Shown: positions 37,344 through 49,748, numbered from the stretch's first letter. The stretch is DNA of 64,000 nt from Octopus sinensis (GCF_006345805.1 NC_042998.1:43586001-43650000), one strand, 5' to 3'. The notes: a model not told the origin generated them from the sequence alone. Numbers and translations: made by a program.

Positions 37344-40300
37344 CGTTTGTTCACAGAAGTAGAGCTCGAAGCTATCAAAAGACGGGTATTGGAAAATAAC
37401 AGCAGAGATAACGATAAAAATACAGTTCTTACTAATAAAAGTAATCTCATAGGAAAGTAGCAGTGGTAGCTTACTTGATGAGAAACATATAGATGATCTG
37501 AAAGAAGACAATAAAACTAATGGCGACATGACAGATGAACAAAAGGCAATCTATGACAGAATAAAGGCAATAACTACAGGAGAACGATAGCGACATTATT
37601 TGCAAACTTAAAAAGGTTGTTCAGTGGAAATTGAACCAAGAAACGAAAAAGTCAATGAAATTCTGAAATACATCAGAACAAACAACATCACAGAAACAAA
37701 TAATTTGATTAAGACAGCAAATATTGTTGTAGCAGAAAACGTGGGTGTTGCTGTCAAGGAAAAGAAATATAATGGGAGTGACAAAAGAAAAGATCCATGT
37801 TGGAAAAGAATAATTCAAGCAGGGTTAGATATGCTCTCGAAGGACATTTATGTGTTAGAAAGAGGAGTTTAAAAGCGAACAAAAATACAGGACACTGAAA
37901 AGGAAGTACAATATTGAAAGAAAGAGCCTGAAAGTGGTAACAGAGGGACTGAAACAGCACATCGTTGCAAAGAAAGCAAAGATGGTAAGATAAGACCAAA
38001 GAATAAAGGGTTACCAGCAGAACAAATTATTCAGAGTAGATCAGAAGAGGTTCTATAAAGAAATAAATAGAGAGTGTACAGATGAAAAGTTGATACCAGA
38101 TAACAATGAAAGTTAAAGGTTTTGGAATGACATCTGGAGCAAAGACAAGGAGCGCAAGAAGGATGCTGAATGGTTGCAAAAACTTAAACAAGCAGTAGTC
38201 TGTCCAAAACAGGTAGAACTAGTCATTTCAATTAAGGGAGTGAAGGAAATCAGCAAAAAAGAAAAGAGCAACTGGAAGGCCCCGGGAACAGATGGAGAAA
38301 GGCTACTGGATCAAAAGATTTGGTGAATGTCATGCACGAATAGCTGCGCAATTCAACACCTTGTTAAATGCCGAGCAAGTTACACGAGAGTGGTTGACAT
38401 TCGGTAGGACAGTGCTGTGCATGAAAAACATCGAAAAAGCAATACCGTAGGCAAATACAGATCTGTTTGCCACTTGACTGGAATACTCGCAGAGTCAATG
38501 TACGAACATCTGGAAAAAAATGGAGTCCTACCACATGAGCAGAAGGATTGCAAGTGTAGGTGCAGAAGTACCAAGGATCAACTCCTGATTGACAAACCTG
38601 TACTTAGAGACTGCAAGAGGAGGAAAAGTAACTTAGCCATGTCATGGATGGACTATCTTAAAGCGTACGATATGATACCACATTCGTGGATTATGGAATG
38701 TATGAACCTATTTGGTATTGCATCGAATGTTGAGCGATTGCTTGGAAAAAGTATAGTGAATTGGAGGACGGACCTGACAGCATACGGAAGAAGTTTAGGG
38801 ACAGTAGAAATCTGGAGGGGCATCTTCCAAGGCGATTGCTTGTCCCCACTGATCTTTGCACTGTGCTTCATACCACTAACACTGCTTCTGAGGAAAGAAA
38901 AAGCTAGGTATGTATTCAAAAACCGCCAACAAAAAGTCAACCGTTTGTTATTCATGGATGACCTCAAACTTTATGGTAAAGATGAATCCCAAGTCAGTTC
39001 ATTCGTTGATATGGTGTATACTTTCAGTGCTGATACTAGAATGGAGTTCAGACTGCGGAAAGTGTGGTGTGTTAGTCTTGGAGAGACGCAAAATCAAATG
39101 TATGAACGGGCTAACAATACCGTCGGAGGAGGTTATGAAGTAAATACAAGAGACGAGCTATAAATGCTTGGGGATTTTGGAAATGGATAAATTGATAGAG
39201 AAAGAAATGACAGAAAAATTTAAGGTGGAGTACTTGCGCAGACTGAGACTGATCCTTAAGTTGAAATTAAATGGACGGAACAAGATTGGAGGTATTGATA
39301 TGGAGCAGAGGTAATTGCATGGACAGTAGACGAACTAAACAGTTTAGACAGAAAGACAAGGAAGTTCATATCTAGATATGTATGTAACAAGAAAAAGAGG
39401 GGGAAGATGACTTATTGGATGCGAACACAGCATTAGAATAGAAGAAAACAACATAGCATGGTATGTAAAAAATGCCACAGAGCTGCTATTATTAGAAGTA
39501 AGAAGGTTAGGCTTGAGTAGGATGAAAGATTGCAAAGGTAAAGCACTGTACAAGCAATTGAAAACGAATAAAACTGAAAATAGATGGTTAAAGAAAACAA
39601 TGCATGGACAATTTCATAGGGATGTTGAAGATAAGACAGGCGGAGAAAAAGATGGTTGTGGATGACTAAAAGTGATTTAAAACCAGAAACGAAGGCTCTA
39701 ATCTGTGCTACCCAAGAGCAAGCACTAACAACAAACTACATAAAATGCAGAATAGACTACACATCAGAAAGTGATAAGTGCAGAATTTGTGGAGAAAATG
39801 GTGAAACCGTATGGCATATTACCAGCCAATGTACGCCGCTAGCCCAGAATAAATATAAGAGAAGCCACGACAATATAGTAAGGCTTGTCCAGAGGATACT
39901 TTGCAATAAGTATGGACTTGACAGAACAGAAAATTGGTACGACAGTAAACCCGAAGGCATAATCGAAAGTGATAATGCAAAGCGTCTGTGTGATTTTATG
40001 ATTCAGTGCGACCATTAGATAGAGAATAGGGAACCAGACATAGTCTTAATTGAGAAAGAAAACAAACTATGCTGGATCATAGATATAGGATGCCCAGCTG
40101 ACAACAAGGTATGCGATAAGAAAGAAAGAAATGTCGATAGATATGACAGGTTAGCTTGGGCGTTTTAGCAGTTGTGGTCGCTGAAAAAGGTGGTCGTAGT
40201 ACCAATAATTTTCGTCGCCCTGGGAACAGTGAGTAAAAATCTTGATAAGTACATGGAACAAATAGGGGCTGTAGTAAGATTGGTGCACTTGCAGAAAACA

Positions 40301-40348
40301 GTACTGCTTGGAACCGTTCGAATACTCCGGAAGGTGCTCGATAAATAA
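37343..40348 (+). mobile_element. R4/Dong-clade RLE-type LINE, near-complete ORF, frameshifted
   Basis: LFTEVELEAIKRRV N-terminal motif. RT: [49 protein letters not shown]: CRICG..ETVWHITSQC. RLE region: DFMIQCDH..PDIV. End: LLGTVRILRKVL. Confidence 0.9.
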
Positions 40349-40396
40349 AGGGTGTTACCTTAGTTCACTGGTAGGGAAATGGTGACACCGTAGTAC

Positions 40397-40794
40397 TTGT
40401 TTTGTCTTAGTATAGAAGATGGGCTACAACAAATATTCTGCTCCATACCACAGATTTGCTTGTCAGCTGTTTGACCATAACCAGTTGAGCATTCCCTTGG
40501 TGGTTAACGATAGATCCCGAGTAGAAGTAGTGACGGAGTGTTTCGTTCAACATCCTTAAGCAACCCTTATTCATGAACCTTTTGAGCCAGATGGGCTACG
40601 CAACCTAAAGGAAATTCTAACTGGGTCCCACCTGCAAGGTCATGCACTATTTATCTTGATATGAGATCACCATGTCGTGCATATATGGTCGTGATGCATA
40701 TGTCTGGTGTATCACTATCAATCATGATGGGTAAACTGGGCTTTGTATATTTTACCCCAGTGTTACTTTCATGACATGCACTGCTCTCTCACTC
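40397..40794 (+). mobile_element. Second copy of element E (lacks the 5' ~75 bp, has internal deletions), directly after the LINE ORF
   Basis: TTGTTTTGTCTT..GATGGGCTAC..ATACCACAGATTTGCTTGTCAG..CACCTGCAAGGTCATG..CTGCTCTCTCACTCAATAAT matches 36732-37220. Confidence 0.85.
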
Positions 40795-40830
40795 AATAAT
40801 AATGACAATAATAAGTCTCTCTGTTACACG

Positions 40831-40972
40831 CACAAGAACAGCAATTTTGAGGGAGAGCTAAAATCGATTGCCTCAATCCCAGCTCTGAACTGGTGCTTAC
40901 TTTATGACCCCGAAAGTATGAAAAGGAAAGACAAGCATGTCGAAGTTTGATCTCAGAATGTAAAGAGTCGGA
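40831..40972 (-). mobile_element. SINE family B, diverged
   Basis: GACCCCGAAAGTATGAAAAGG..TTTGATCTCAGAATG is the reverse of the B core. Confidence 0.65.
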
Positions 40973-41259
40973 ACACATAGGACATATACCACATAAAGTT
41001 TTTTATTTCTTTTCTTTTTCGACACACTAATGATCCTACCATTTCTTGCCTGCAAGAAAGTGTTTAGGGCAATAGAAATACAAAGAAAGTGAAGATCTAA
41101 GTAAACACACGTAAACAATAAAAACAATAGCAATTAGCAAGAAACTTTAACAAAGAAAATCCCCCAATGGAAGAGAGTGTATTCCCCAGGGGTGATCAAA
41201 ACCCCTACTTGTAGTGCCATTGGCGATTGCCCCAGCCGTCAATGGCACTTATGGGAGAC

Positions 41260-41780
41260 ATCTCTCTCCAAACTACAAGCAACCACATAGAAGGAGTTCA
41301 ATTACTTGGGGCATCTTCACTCACAATCGAACACATTTATTGAAAAGGAAGTACCTTCGGTCCGTAGATAGCTCTGTTCTGCACGCAATAGCTGCTGTTA
41401 GACATAATTCCATGCGTCAACAAGGCTTAGAGAGCATGCAGGGGCGTTCTTCCTTTGCGCGCATCTCAGGCACTATCAAGCCTGTAGAATTTATCCCGAA
41501 CTAACAATGCTCTCCGGTAGCTGTGAGCATCTGACGATATTCTAGATGCCAGATGCTTGGTGGGCAGTAACGGTATTTTATTGGCTTAGAACTGCAGTTG
41601 CATCAAAGAAACGAGCAGCGAGAAAGCATGCCTTAAAAACGGAAATTTCACAAGCACACAACCCAAGAAATTCTGAAGGTGGTGTACCTTCATCATATGA
41701 GTGTGCTTCAAAGTCCACTGCATGGCGAACCCTACGCGCAGAAAAGTGTTGGCAGCAGTTAGATTGCATGATCTGTTGAA
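41260..41780 (+). mobile_element. Old RTE-like LINE fragment
   Basis: Broken frames resemble FNYLG, LCRI.GI..FIPN and AWRT motifs of the RTE C-terminus. Confidence 0.45.
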
Positions 41781-42109
41781 TACATTCCTACTGTTAAATA
41801 CAAAATAATAGCATCTCCAATCTGGGTTAGTAGATATCTAAATCTAGGTCCGGCAACCAAGAGGTAAATTCTGACACGGTTATTCAGCATCTCAGCTCAA
41901 TTTTTCGCTTATAGCTTCTTGCCTATTGTACTGAGGCCAGCCAACCTACTCATAATATAATACCAGTTGTGATTTACCTGAAGGTTAGCACCAATACGAA
42001 AGAAGTTTGACTGCACCATCTGTGTTTCGTGTGTTTTAGTGTCAAAAAGTGGAAGAACTCAGGAGAGTCAACGGCCATCCAAATAGTATTTATGGTTACT
42101 GTTGTTGCT

Positions 42110-42338
42110 AAGGTGGCGACTTTACCCAATTGTTAGCACGCCGGACAAAATGCTTATTTGTATATGAAACGTTCTGAGTTCAAATTCCGCTGAGATCAAC
42201 TTTGCCTTTCATCCTTTCGGGGTCTATTAAGTAAGTACCAGTTACGCACTGGGGTCGATATAATCGACTCGATCCGTTTGTCTGTCCTTGTTTGTCCTCT
42301 CTGTGTTTAGCCCCTTGTGGGTAGTAAAGAAATAGGTA
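42110..42338 (+). mobile_element. SINE family B, full length
   Basis: Head, GAGTTCAAATTCC, core GCCTTTCATCCTTTCGGGGTC and tail AGCCCCTTGTGGGTAGTAAAGAAATAGG. Confidence 0.9.
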
Positions 42339-42699
42339 TATACTACAAAGGATTGCTGTTGGTGGTGATACCTTGTTATTATCATAACCATTGTAAACAA
42401 TACTACCGGCTTATGATGATAACAATATTGCTAATATATAATCTAAGGCCATAAGCTATTGAGTTCGTCTTGGTGGCGTTAGGTCAACCACAAAAAGAGA
42501 AGCTCTTTAGCTGACGTCTCAATAAAAAAAAATCGATTGTTGTGACATCTTAAAAGCACAGACATCTTTATGAGAGTAGTTGCCAAATAAAAATGATTAT
42601 CCCAACTGCGTTAATGAGACTTGATTCTCAAGTAAAAATCTCACGAACAGCAAGTGTCCAACTATGCAGCAGCATCGGCCAACGCGTTACTCGGTTACA

Positions 42700-44065
42700 G
42701 CTGCAAGGATTAGGATATGGTAGTCTTAAAAATGACAACAGATCGTTATGAATGATACTACGAGAACGAGCCAGTCAAACTAGGACACAGAAAAACGAGT
42801 GTAAAATATGGATAGAGATAAGTTCCATGTCACAGAAAAATCTAATTGTGAAAAGTGAATGCTATCTCAGGTGGAGTAAAAAGAAATTTTCGAAACAGTG
42901 AAAAAGGAAGAACATGGCTATGTAGAAGAGGGAATCGAACATAAAAGAATAGCAGAACGGACAATAAATCATCCTGAGAAAAATATAGTAGAGTGAAAAC
43001 AAGTGTTACTTTATGGAAGAAGAGGATATTACAGAGGAGGAAAGAGATTCACTTTAATGTTTAAATAAGATATGAATTAGTGAAGGAACGAGAGTATCAG
43101 ATCTGAGAGGAATTGAAAGTGAAAAACTTGGTAAAGTAGTAAAGATGCTGGGCGAGGTTTTAATGAAAATTTGTTGAAAATATAACATATAAAGGACATC
43201 ATATACTGCAAAGCTGGTGTTACTCAAGAAATTCTCAGGGTTAAATGTCAAGCAAAAAAAAGGTGGGCTGGGAGACAAAAGCCCAGAGTAGAAATGAAGA
43301 TTTGAGAATCAAGTTGGACAGCTCAAAAGAACTAGAAGGATAAATTCAGTAAGTGAAAATACACAGGAATTACCTCCAAAACAGTACATTAGACGCAGAG
43401 GATTACAGGTATCTAAATGATAGATAGGACAGCAAATGAATTCAATGTCAGGAAAAAAATCTAGATATCATCAAAGAAAAACCAGTGTGAGCAGAAAAGG
43501 CTTTTCAGAAGCAATGAAAGGAAATGTTACCACCATCTGATCAAAGAGAATGGACATCAGGAGAATAGTATGCCAAATACAGAAATAGTAAGGAACCTTT
43601 GGTCAGATAATAATTGGAGTAAAGAAGTTTAAAATAACAGGGAAGCGAACTGGTTTACATAAAATCTAAAACAGAATGGGGAGAAAAAGCTAAAGTCAAG
43701 AAAATATGAACATTACCAAAGAGAAGATAAAAAGAGAAGCTTAAAATGCATCAAATGGTAAGACCGTTGGACCTGATGGTGCTGAGGAATTATTGCTTAA
43801 AACGTCTCGTAAGTATGCACAACTATTTACTGCTATATCTTAATGATTATATAGAAAATAGAACACCAGCGTAGCTGACAAAAAGGATATGCAGCGCTAA
43901 TACAGAAGGACAAAAAAAAAAGAGAGAGTAAATCAGCAATTATTGGCCTACTACATACTTATCATTGCTCTGGAAATTACTAAATGGCCTCTTAGAAGAT
44001 GAATCGTATAACTTCTTGGAGAAGAGGAATCTATGACAAGAGGAGCAAAATGGCAACCAGGGACA
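42700..44065 (+). mobile_element. Decayed R4/Dong-like LINE, N-terminal half
   Basis: Frames resemble ..YYE.EP..GHRKR, LSQVE..EI, GPDG..LLK and NY.P...LWKLLNG.L...YNFLE...EQNG. Confidence 0.6.
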
Positions 44066-44069
44066 TATA

Positions 44070-45420
44070 GCTAGTTGTTCTTCTACAACTTCTACACATC
44101 GTATTCTGCAAATACTAAATGTATTCTGCTTCACTGCAAGCTTTTGTTGGTTTCTAGGAAGAAGGCTTTGAGCATGTATCGCAATAAAGAATTGTTCAAT
44201 TCAGCCTTGGGGATTGAACTTCTCAAGTTGTACTGCAGTTTTTCTTTGTCTATTTCTACTCTGTTCAATTTTTCTTCGTCTATTTCTGCCCAGTTCAATG
44301 TTTCTTTTCTTTTCTTCTTCTTTGTTTTTTGGTATTGGCCATATTGGAGCTTTACTTGTCTTGTTTTAGCATGATATTCTGTAGCTCATTTCTGTTTATT
44401 TTTTAACTTTCACAATTTCTTTTATTGTTTCTCCTCTCTCAACATAACTATCTGCCATTTCAACCTTTGTTTAATGTGTTATCTTCTCTAATAACAGAAA
44501 ACAGATTTTGTTTACTTCGTGTTTTGAAGCTATTTTAATTTCCCGTTAGTCTTTACTTGATGCGTCTGTAGTCCTATCACGGATAGGCGTAAGTTGTTAC
44601 CTCTGAGTATTTGTGGCAAATGTAATATGTCAGATTTTACGTTGTTCTACAGGTTGTCATCATTTTTATTTCTTTTTCAGACTTGTTTTGCTAATTTACT
44701 GAAGGTCCATTAGAAATTATCAAAATTAGGAATTATTACTTAGAGACTATCGTACTGCTGCTTGAGTTTTTGAATTTAATTCTGTTTTAAGTTTTAATAC
44801 AATGCATCTATAATTTACCGTCCTTATCTTAACTTTCATTCATGTGTTGCAATCTCTAGTTCAGTGATTCGTAAGTAGTTGCAAGTGGTGTTTGATGAAA
44901 GGAGCGTCATGAATGAATCCCTTCTTTTTAAGTTCGCTTGGCGCAATTTTGAAATCGAAGTTGACAAATTTTATAGTGTAACCATGTATCTTATGTAGTA
45001 GTATTTTTAGTTGCATATCTTTTGCAGTGTACAATGGCTATATCCGAGTCGCAAGCCGCATGTGACATAACTCATCACTAGGTGGGTCACGCTACTAAAA
45101 AATTCAAGGTGATTTTTTCGTTGGACATGCCATTCAGAAAGTCCCGTGAACAGTTGTAGGTTTTACAATTTGTCATTTTTTTTTAAAATCCTGGAGATTC
45201 CTCTCAATGAATCAGTATGTTGTTGTCCACTTCCTTCAGTATTCCTTACTGCCTCTGCTAAATATTTTAACCAGAAGTTTTGAATTTTATTTTCTTCTCG
45301 CGCCATTTCTATTGTATTATTTTATTGAAGGTAAAATCAGACTTGAAACTCTCGTCATTTTTGTCGCTTACTGGTTTATTTCTTTATGGCAGTACTGAGT
45401 ATTTTTCTCTCCGTTTCTTT
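44070..45420 (-). mobile_element. Highly decayed R4/Dong-like LINE fragment, opposite orientation
   Basis: Minus strand IQNFWLKYL near 45290 and a LLRY-like motif near 44180, in the expected order. The rest is barely recognisable. Confidence 0.4.
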
Positions 45421-45608
45421 GTAGTTTTTAACATAATTTTCAAAATCTACATTTCTCTTTAACCTTATATTGAATGATAGAGTTTATCATATTTTGCGGA
45501 AGGATATCGAACAGGCCGATGGTAGTATGCTTTGTTTTTCTGTCCGTTTCTTTGTGCATGTGGTGTCCAAATGTTAGTCAAAACGAACATTTTTGCAATA
45601 TATGAAGT

Positions 45609-45823
45609 AAGGTGGCGAGTGGGCAGAATCCTTAGCACGCCGGAAAAAATGCTTAGTGATATTTCCGTCCATCTTCACGTTCTGAGTTCAAATTCTACCG
45701 AAGCTGATGTTGCCTTTCATCTTTTGGAGGACGGTAAAATAAGTACCAGTTGGACACTGGGGTCGATGTAATTGAGTAGCCCCTAACCCCGAAATTGCTG
45801 GCCTTCTGACAAAATTTGAAACC
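45609..45823 (+). mobile_element. SINE family B, full length
   Basis: AAGGTGGCGAGTGGGCAGAATCCTTAGCACGCCGG head, core and AAAATTTGAAACC tail. Confidence 0.88.
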
Positions 45824-45870
45824 AATGTTTATATATTTGAAATAAGCAAAAATAAATTTAGCACACGGTA

Positions 45871-45952
45871 CAGGCGCAAGGCTGTGTGGTTAAGACGCTT
45901 GCTTTGTAACTACGTGGTTTCGAGTTCAGTTCCACTGCACGGAAACTTGGGG
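45871..45952 (+). mobile_element. SINE family C head fragment
   Basis: GGCTGTGTGGTTAAG..GAGTTCAGTTCCACTGC. Confidence 0.65.
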
Positions 45953-46420
45953 TTTTAATAATGAAAGGGGTAGAGAGGCCCTATTAAAGAATTTGGAAAC
46001 TAATGATTGGAAATGAAGAACCTCACATGAAACCTCTTTATTGCTAAGAGGAGTGGATATTAGGAGGTCTTTTACACTTTCTCCTCACTACCAAGCCAAC
46101 AAACCCCTATTAAGGCAATAAATTGTGAAATATACACCCCCCTTTGTGTCATAGTGTTGTTCCCCTCTCACTATAGCACTTGAATGTACATTGTTTTTGA
46201 TTAAGCTCTTTCTACAGCAAGAACCACTCGTAGAATCATGAAATATGTATGTGCCATAGATTCTAAATTATTTAAAATTATTTTAGATGTCCTTGATTGT
46301 AAAATTCATGTATTCAGCTGAAGAAAACGTTTTTTTTTTATAATGATAAAATGTACTCATTGATCAATTAAAAAATTCGTTAGAAACAGCTGTAATGAAC
46401 TGACACCTGTCCATCAACTG

Positions 46421-46556
46421 TTTCTTCCAGTTTCCATCTACTAAATTCACTCACAGGACTTTGGTCGGCCTGAGGACACTTGATCACGCAGTGGGGATGA
46501 ACCTGGAACCGTGTGGTTGGGAAGCTAGCTTCTTACCTCACAGCCACGCCTGCACC
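46421..46556 (-). mobile_element. SINE family C head fragment
   Basis: Reverse complement GGTGCAGGCGTGGCTGTGAGGTAAGAAGC..CCAACCACACGGTTCC. Confidence 0.75.
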
Positions 46557-47019
46557 TATATAAGTAATGACTTTAAATTTGGGTATAAAGCAGGTAGTAT
46601 ACGTTTAAAGTAGGTTCTCTGTCTTCATTTACCTGATGTAATCAACAGTTTGGTTTTAAATGCCGCTGGATTTATTTTAGGAATTCCTTCGTGTCCGTAG
46701 TATATATAAGATATGAGAGAAAGCGAAAATGGAACTCACGAGATTCTTTATCTATCACTACAATCGTTTCGGCATGATCGCGCATCATTCGGTGAAGATA
46801 TATCTCGTCAGGTGACTTATCAAAAGATATCTTGCTCTTTAACCTCCGTGTTAGTTTGATCATAATACATTTCGTTACTTGCCTGCAGCTGGTAGCGTAG
46901 TGGAAAGATTCTGAGAATGATTTAGAATGAGGAACAGTTCTCTTATAGGTAGTAAACCTACTTACAATTAATCATTCATGAAATGCGTATATAAGAATAA
47001 AAAATAAAATAAGTATACA

Positions 47020-47255
47020 ATGAGCAGATTAATCGGACAAATCAAGTACCAGCCAGTCACCAGATATGAACACCTCTGGGGCATAATGGACAGGACACTT
47101 CATAAAAAGAACAAGAAAGCAAAGACAGATCTTTTGAGATTACTGCATGAAACTTGGCAAGAAATTCCGCAAGAGAATATTCATTTGATCAGTAAAACTC
47201 CTAATGGGGGCCCTTGCACTGAAAAATGCGAAGGGCATGTCTACTAAATATTAAA
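47020..47255 (+). mobile_element. Tc1-like transposase C-terminal relic
   Basis: PSQSPDMN (shifted frame), then EHLWGIMDR..LLHETWQEIPQENI..LIS, ending near the usual G..TKY terminus. Confidence 0.75.
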
Positions 47256-47348
47256 TATTCACATTATAACAAATAATAATTCAAATGTATAATTTCAGAT
47301 TTAAATAAATGTTAATAATTATAAGACTGTCTATTTACATCTGTCGTA

Positions 47349-47419
<71 letters not shown>

Positions 47420-47478
47420 TGTATGTATGTATGTATGTATGTATGTATGTATGTATGTATGTATGTATGTATGTATGC

Positions 47479-47978
47479 ATGGTCGGGTCGTCGGCGACTA
47501 AACCGGCAACCCCACCAAGCTTGCTTGGTGAGGAGGGTGTTTATTGGACATCCTGCGGGATGAAAAACAAAACCCGTCAAAGGGCGGAGGAACTCTTGAG
47601 AGTCAACGGCCATCCAATAAATGTCTTAAGGCTGTATCATGCGCGGGGACATAGAAATAATCGGACTGAATACCCGATCGCGCAGTTAAACCATTGGGAG
47701 TGAAGGACTCCTAGCCTTTGTTAAGGCATCCTTTTAGGAGAAGGTAACTCCGGTAACTGGGATAACTCCGACATAAAACCTGCGGCTCAGTGGTTACCGA
47801 TGATGTTGACTTGTTCTTCTTTTCGGATTATAGCTGCTGTTGCTTCGTGAGTGGGGTTGACTCAGTGCACAGCCTTTCCTCACTTTAAAAACAAATCTTC
47901 TTGCACAGGCACTGCACAATAACAACATTGATTAAGCTTCGTGCAATAGCCATACTCGATAACGAGGGGGAAGCTACC
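47479..47978. mobile_element. 500-bp unclassified non-coding repeat embedded in (ATGT)n
   Basis: GC-richer block with sharp ends and (ATGT)n on both sides. GAGAGTCAACGGCCATCCAA at 47598 is identical to 42063. Confidence 0.55.
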
Positions 47979-48339
47979 ATGTATGTATGTATGTATATAT
48001 GTATGTATGTGCGCGCGTAACTTTACATTTGTACTTCCCATACCTTGTTGGTATGTTTATCTCCGGGAGGTTTGGTAGAGAGTAGGAGAGAATAAGTAGC
48101 AGATTTAACATATGTAAGGGGATGGGAATATGTGACTAACCCTTCAAGGCGGTGTTCCAGCATGGCTGTGATTCAATGATTGCAACAAGCAAAATAGTTA
48201 AAGATACTACCTTCAGAGTTACCTTTCAACACTTTCGTCATTTCTGTTTTAACGATTTATACTCGCTGTTAATTAATCGCTGTTATTAGATATATTTCGG
48301 AACAGTCTAGTAGCGTACTTTTATGAATTTCTGTTGTAG

Positions 48340-48830
48340 GATCATCAAATGGCTGGGGCTTTTCGATGGTCTTCTGTGGAAGATCTGAACAACGACAGCA
48401 CAATTAAAAAGTTTGTAGTCTTTGACGGACCAGGCCGGGTGCGAGCTACTCGATTTCATATATGTGGATTCCCAGAAGCTATAGTCCGGAAACTTTGCTG
48501 GGGTAGTAACTTTCGTGTATATCTCAATGGCCTGCCACAACTCTCTAAAGAAAATCGACAACAACAGCTAAAACATCCGGCACTAGGTGGTTGTGGGGAA
48601 GAATCACCACATTGGATGGTCTATCCAACAAATTTTACACCTACGTGTCAGATTTGTTCTGTAACCTTTTGGTAGACGTTTACCACGACTAGCAACATAC
48701 CGGGAACATTTTCTTGCTCTTTGAGCCGAGGAGTGGCAACGCTTATGAGGAAGGACACTATTGAAACCTATTGAACCCGTCTGGTTCGAACTGATAGCAG
48801 GAAAACTCAAGTGAATGGTTGTTTAATCGT
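48340..48830 (+). mobile_element. L1/Tx1-type ORF2 fragment (EN-RT linker and RT start)
   Basis: YLNGLPQLS..ESP/DGLSNKFY..L..NLLVDVY resembles the LP.LS..KSPG.DGL..EFY motif. There is a frameshift at the SPG-DG site. Confidence 0.65.
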
Positions 48831-48893
48831 AAGTCCTCTTCCAAAGCGCAAACCTATCATCAAAACTAAATCATCGTGACTAAATCATCTATT

Positions 48894-49159
48894 GTGGAGG
48901 CGCGTGGCTTAGAGGTTAAGGTGTCAGCACCATGATCGTAAGATTGTGGTTTCGATTCCTGGACCGGGAGACGCGTTGTGTTCTTGAGCAAAACACTTCA
49001 TTTCACGTTGCTCCAGTCCACTCAGCTGGCAAAAATGAGTAACGCTGCGATGGACTGGCCTCCTGTCCAGCTGCGGAACACATACGCCATAGAAACCGGG
49101 AAACCGGGCCCATGAGCCTGGCTAGGCTTTAAAAGGGCGCATTTATTATTTTTATTTAT
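48894..49159 (+). mobile_element. SINE family A, full length, with 13-bp target-site duplication
   Basis: TAAATCATCTATT at 48881-48893 and 49160-49172 flanks the element. Head with box B GGTTTCGATTCC; GCTGCGATGGACTGGCCTCCTGTCCAG V-like domain. Confidence 0.92.
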
Positions 49160-49484
49160 TAAATCATCTATTAAAAAATCTTTTTTACAGTTACAGAGTA
49201 TGTAATATGTGTATTTATTTTTTAAGAAGGTAAAGCGTTATTCTAGCTACATTTGACTATTAATTCTTGAAGGCGTGAAGTCTTTGTCAAAACTTGGAAG
49301 TAAATAACATAGATAAATTAACTTCATTAATATTTCAGTCAATAGATTCACTTTCTCAAGTAATTTGTTGGAATTTCATTTGAAATATGTTCACGTTTTT
49401 TAACTCCCAAATCAACCCAAACTGAACAGATCATCTTCACTTTCTCCCAGTAATAATTATAGCGTACCCCGGAGTATAATGCGT

Positions 49485-49674
49485 ACTTTTTCAATTATTT
49501 CAGTCATTGGACTGCGGCAATAGTGGAACTGTCTCGCGGGGCTTCTCGAATTTATCGATCCCAGTATATATTTTGAACCTGGTACTTGTTTTCACGTTCT
49601 CTTTTACTGAATCGTTAGTTTACGGGTAAACAAACAAATTAACATCACTTGTCAAGTGTTGGTGGGCATCAAAG

Positions 49675-49748
<74 letters not shown>

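Noticed and set aside
38417-39163. Longest ORF in the window (248 aa)
   Set aside because: It is the reverse transcriptase segment of the R4/Dong LINE, not a host gene.
46632-46830. Possible minus-strand exon pair (SPDEIYLHRMMRDHAETIVVIDKES / IPKINPAAFKTKLLITS)
   Set aside because: It needs an intron of only about 53 nt with a weak acceptor, and shows no codon bias or recognisable homology.
47479-47560. CCCTCCTCACC on the minus strand resembling an HDV-ribozyme L3 loop
   Set aside because: The required P3 and P1 pairings could not be formed by eye.
48349-48675. 108-aa ORF preceded by a good-looking splice acceptor (TTTCTGTTGTAG)
   Set aside because: It resembles the L1/Tx1 ORF2 linker and continues by frameshift into DGLSNKFY, so it is treated as a transposon relic.
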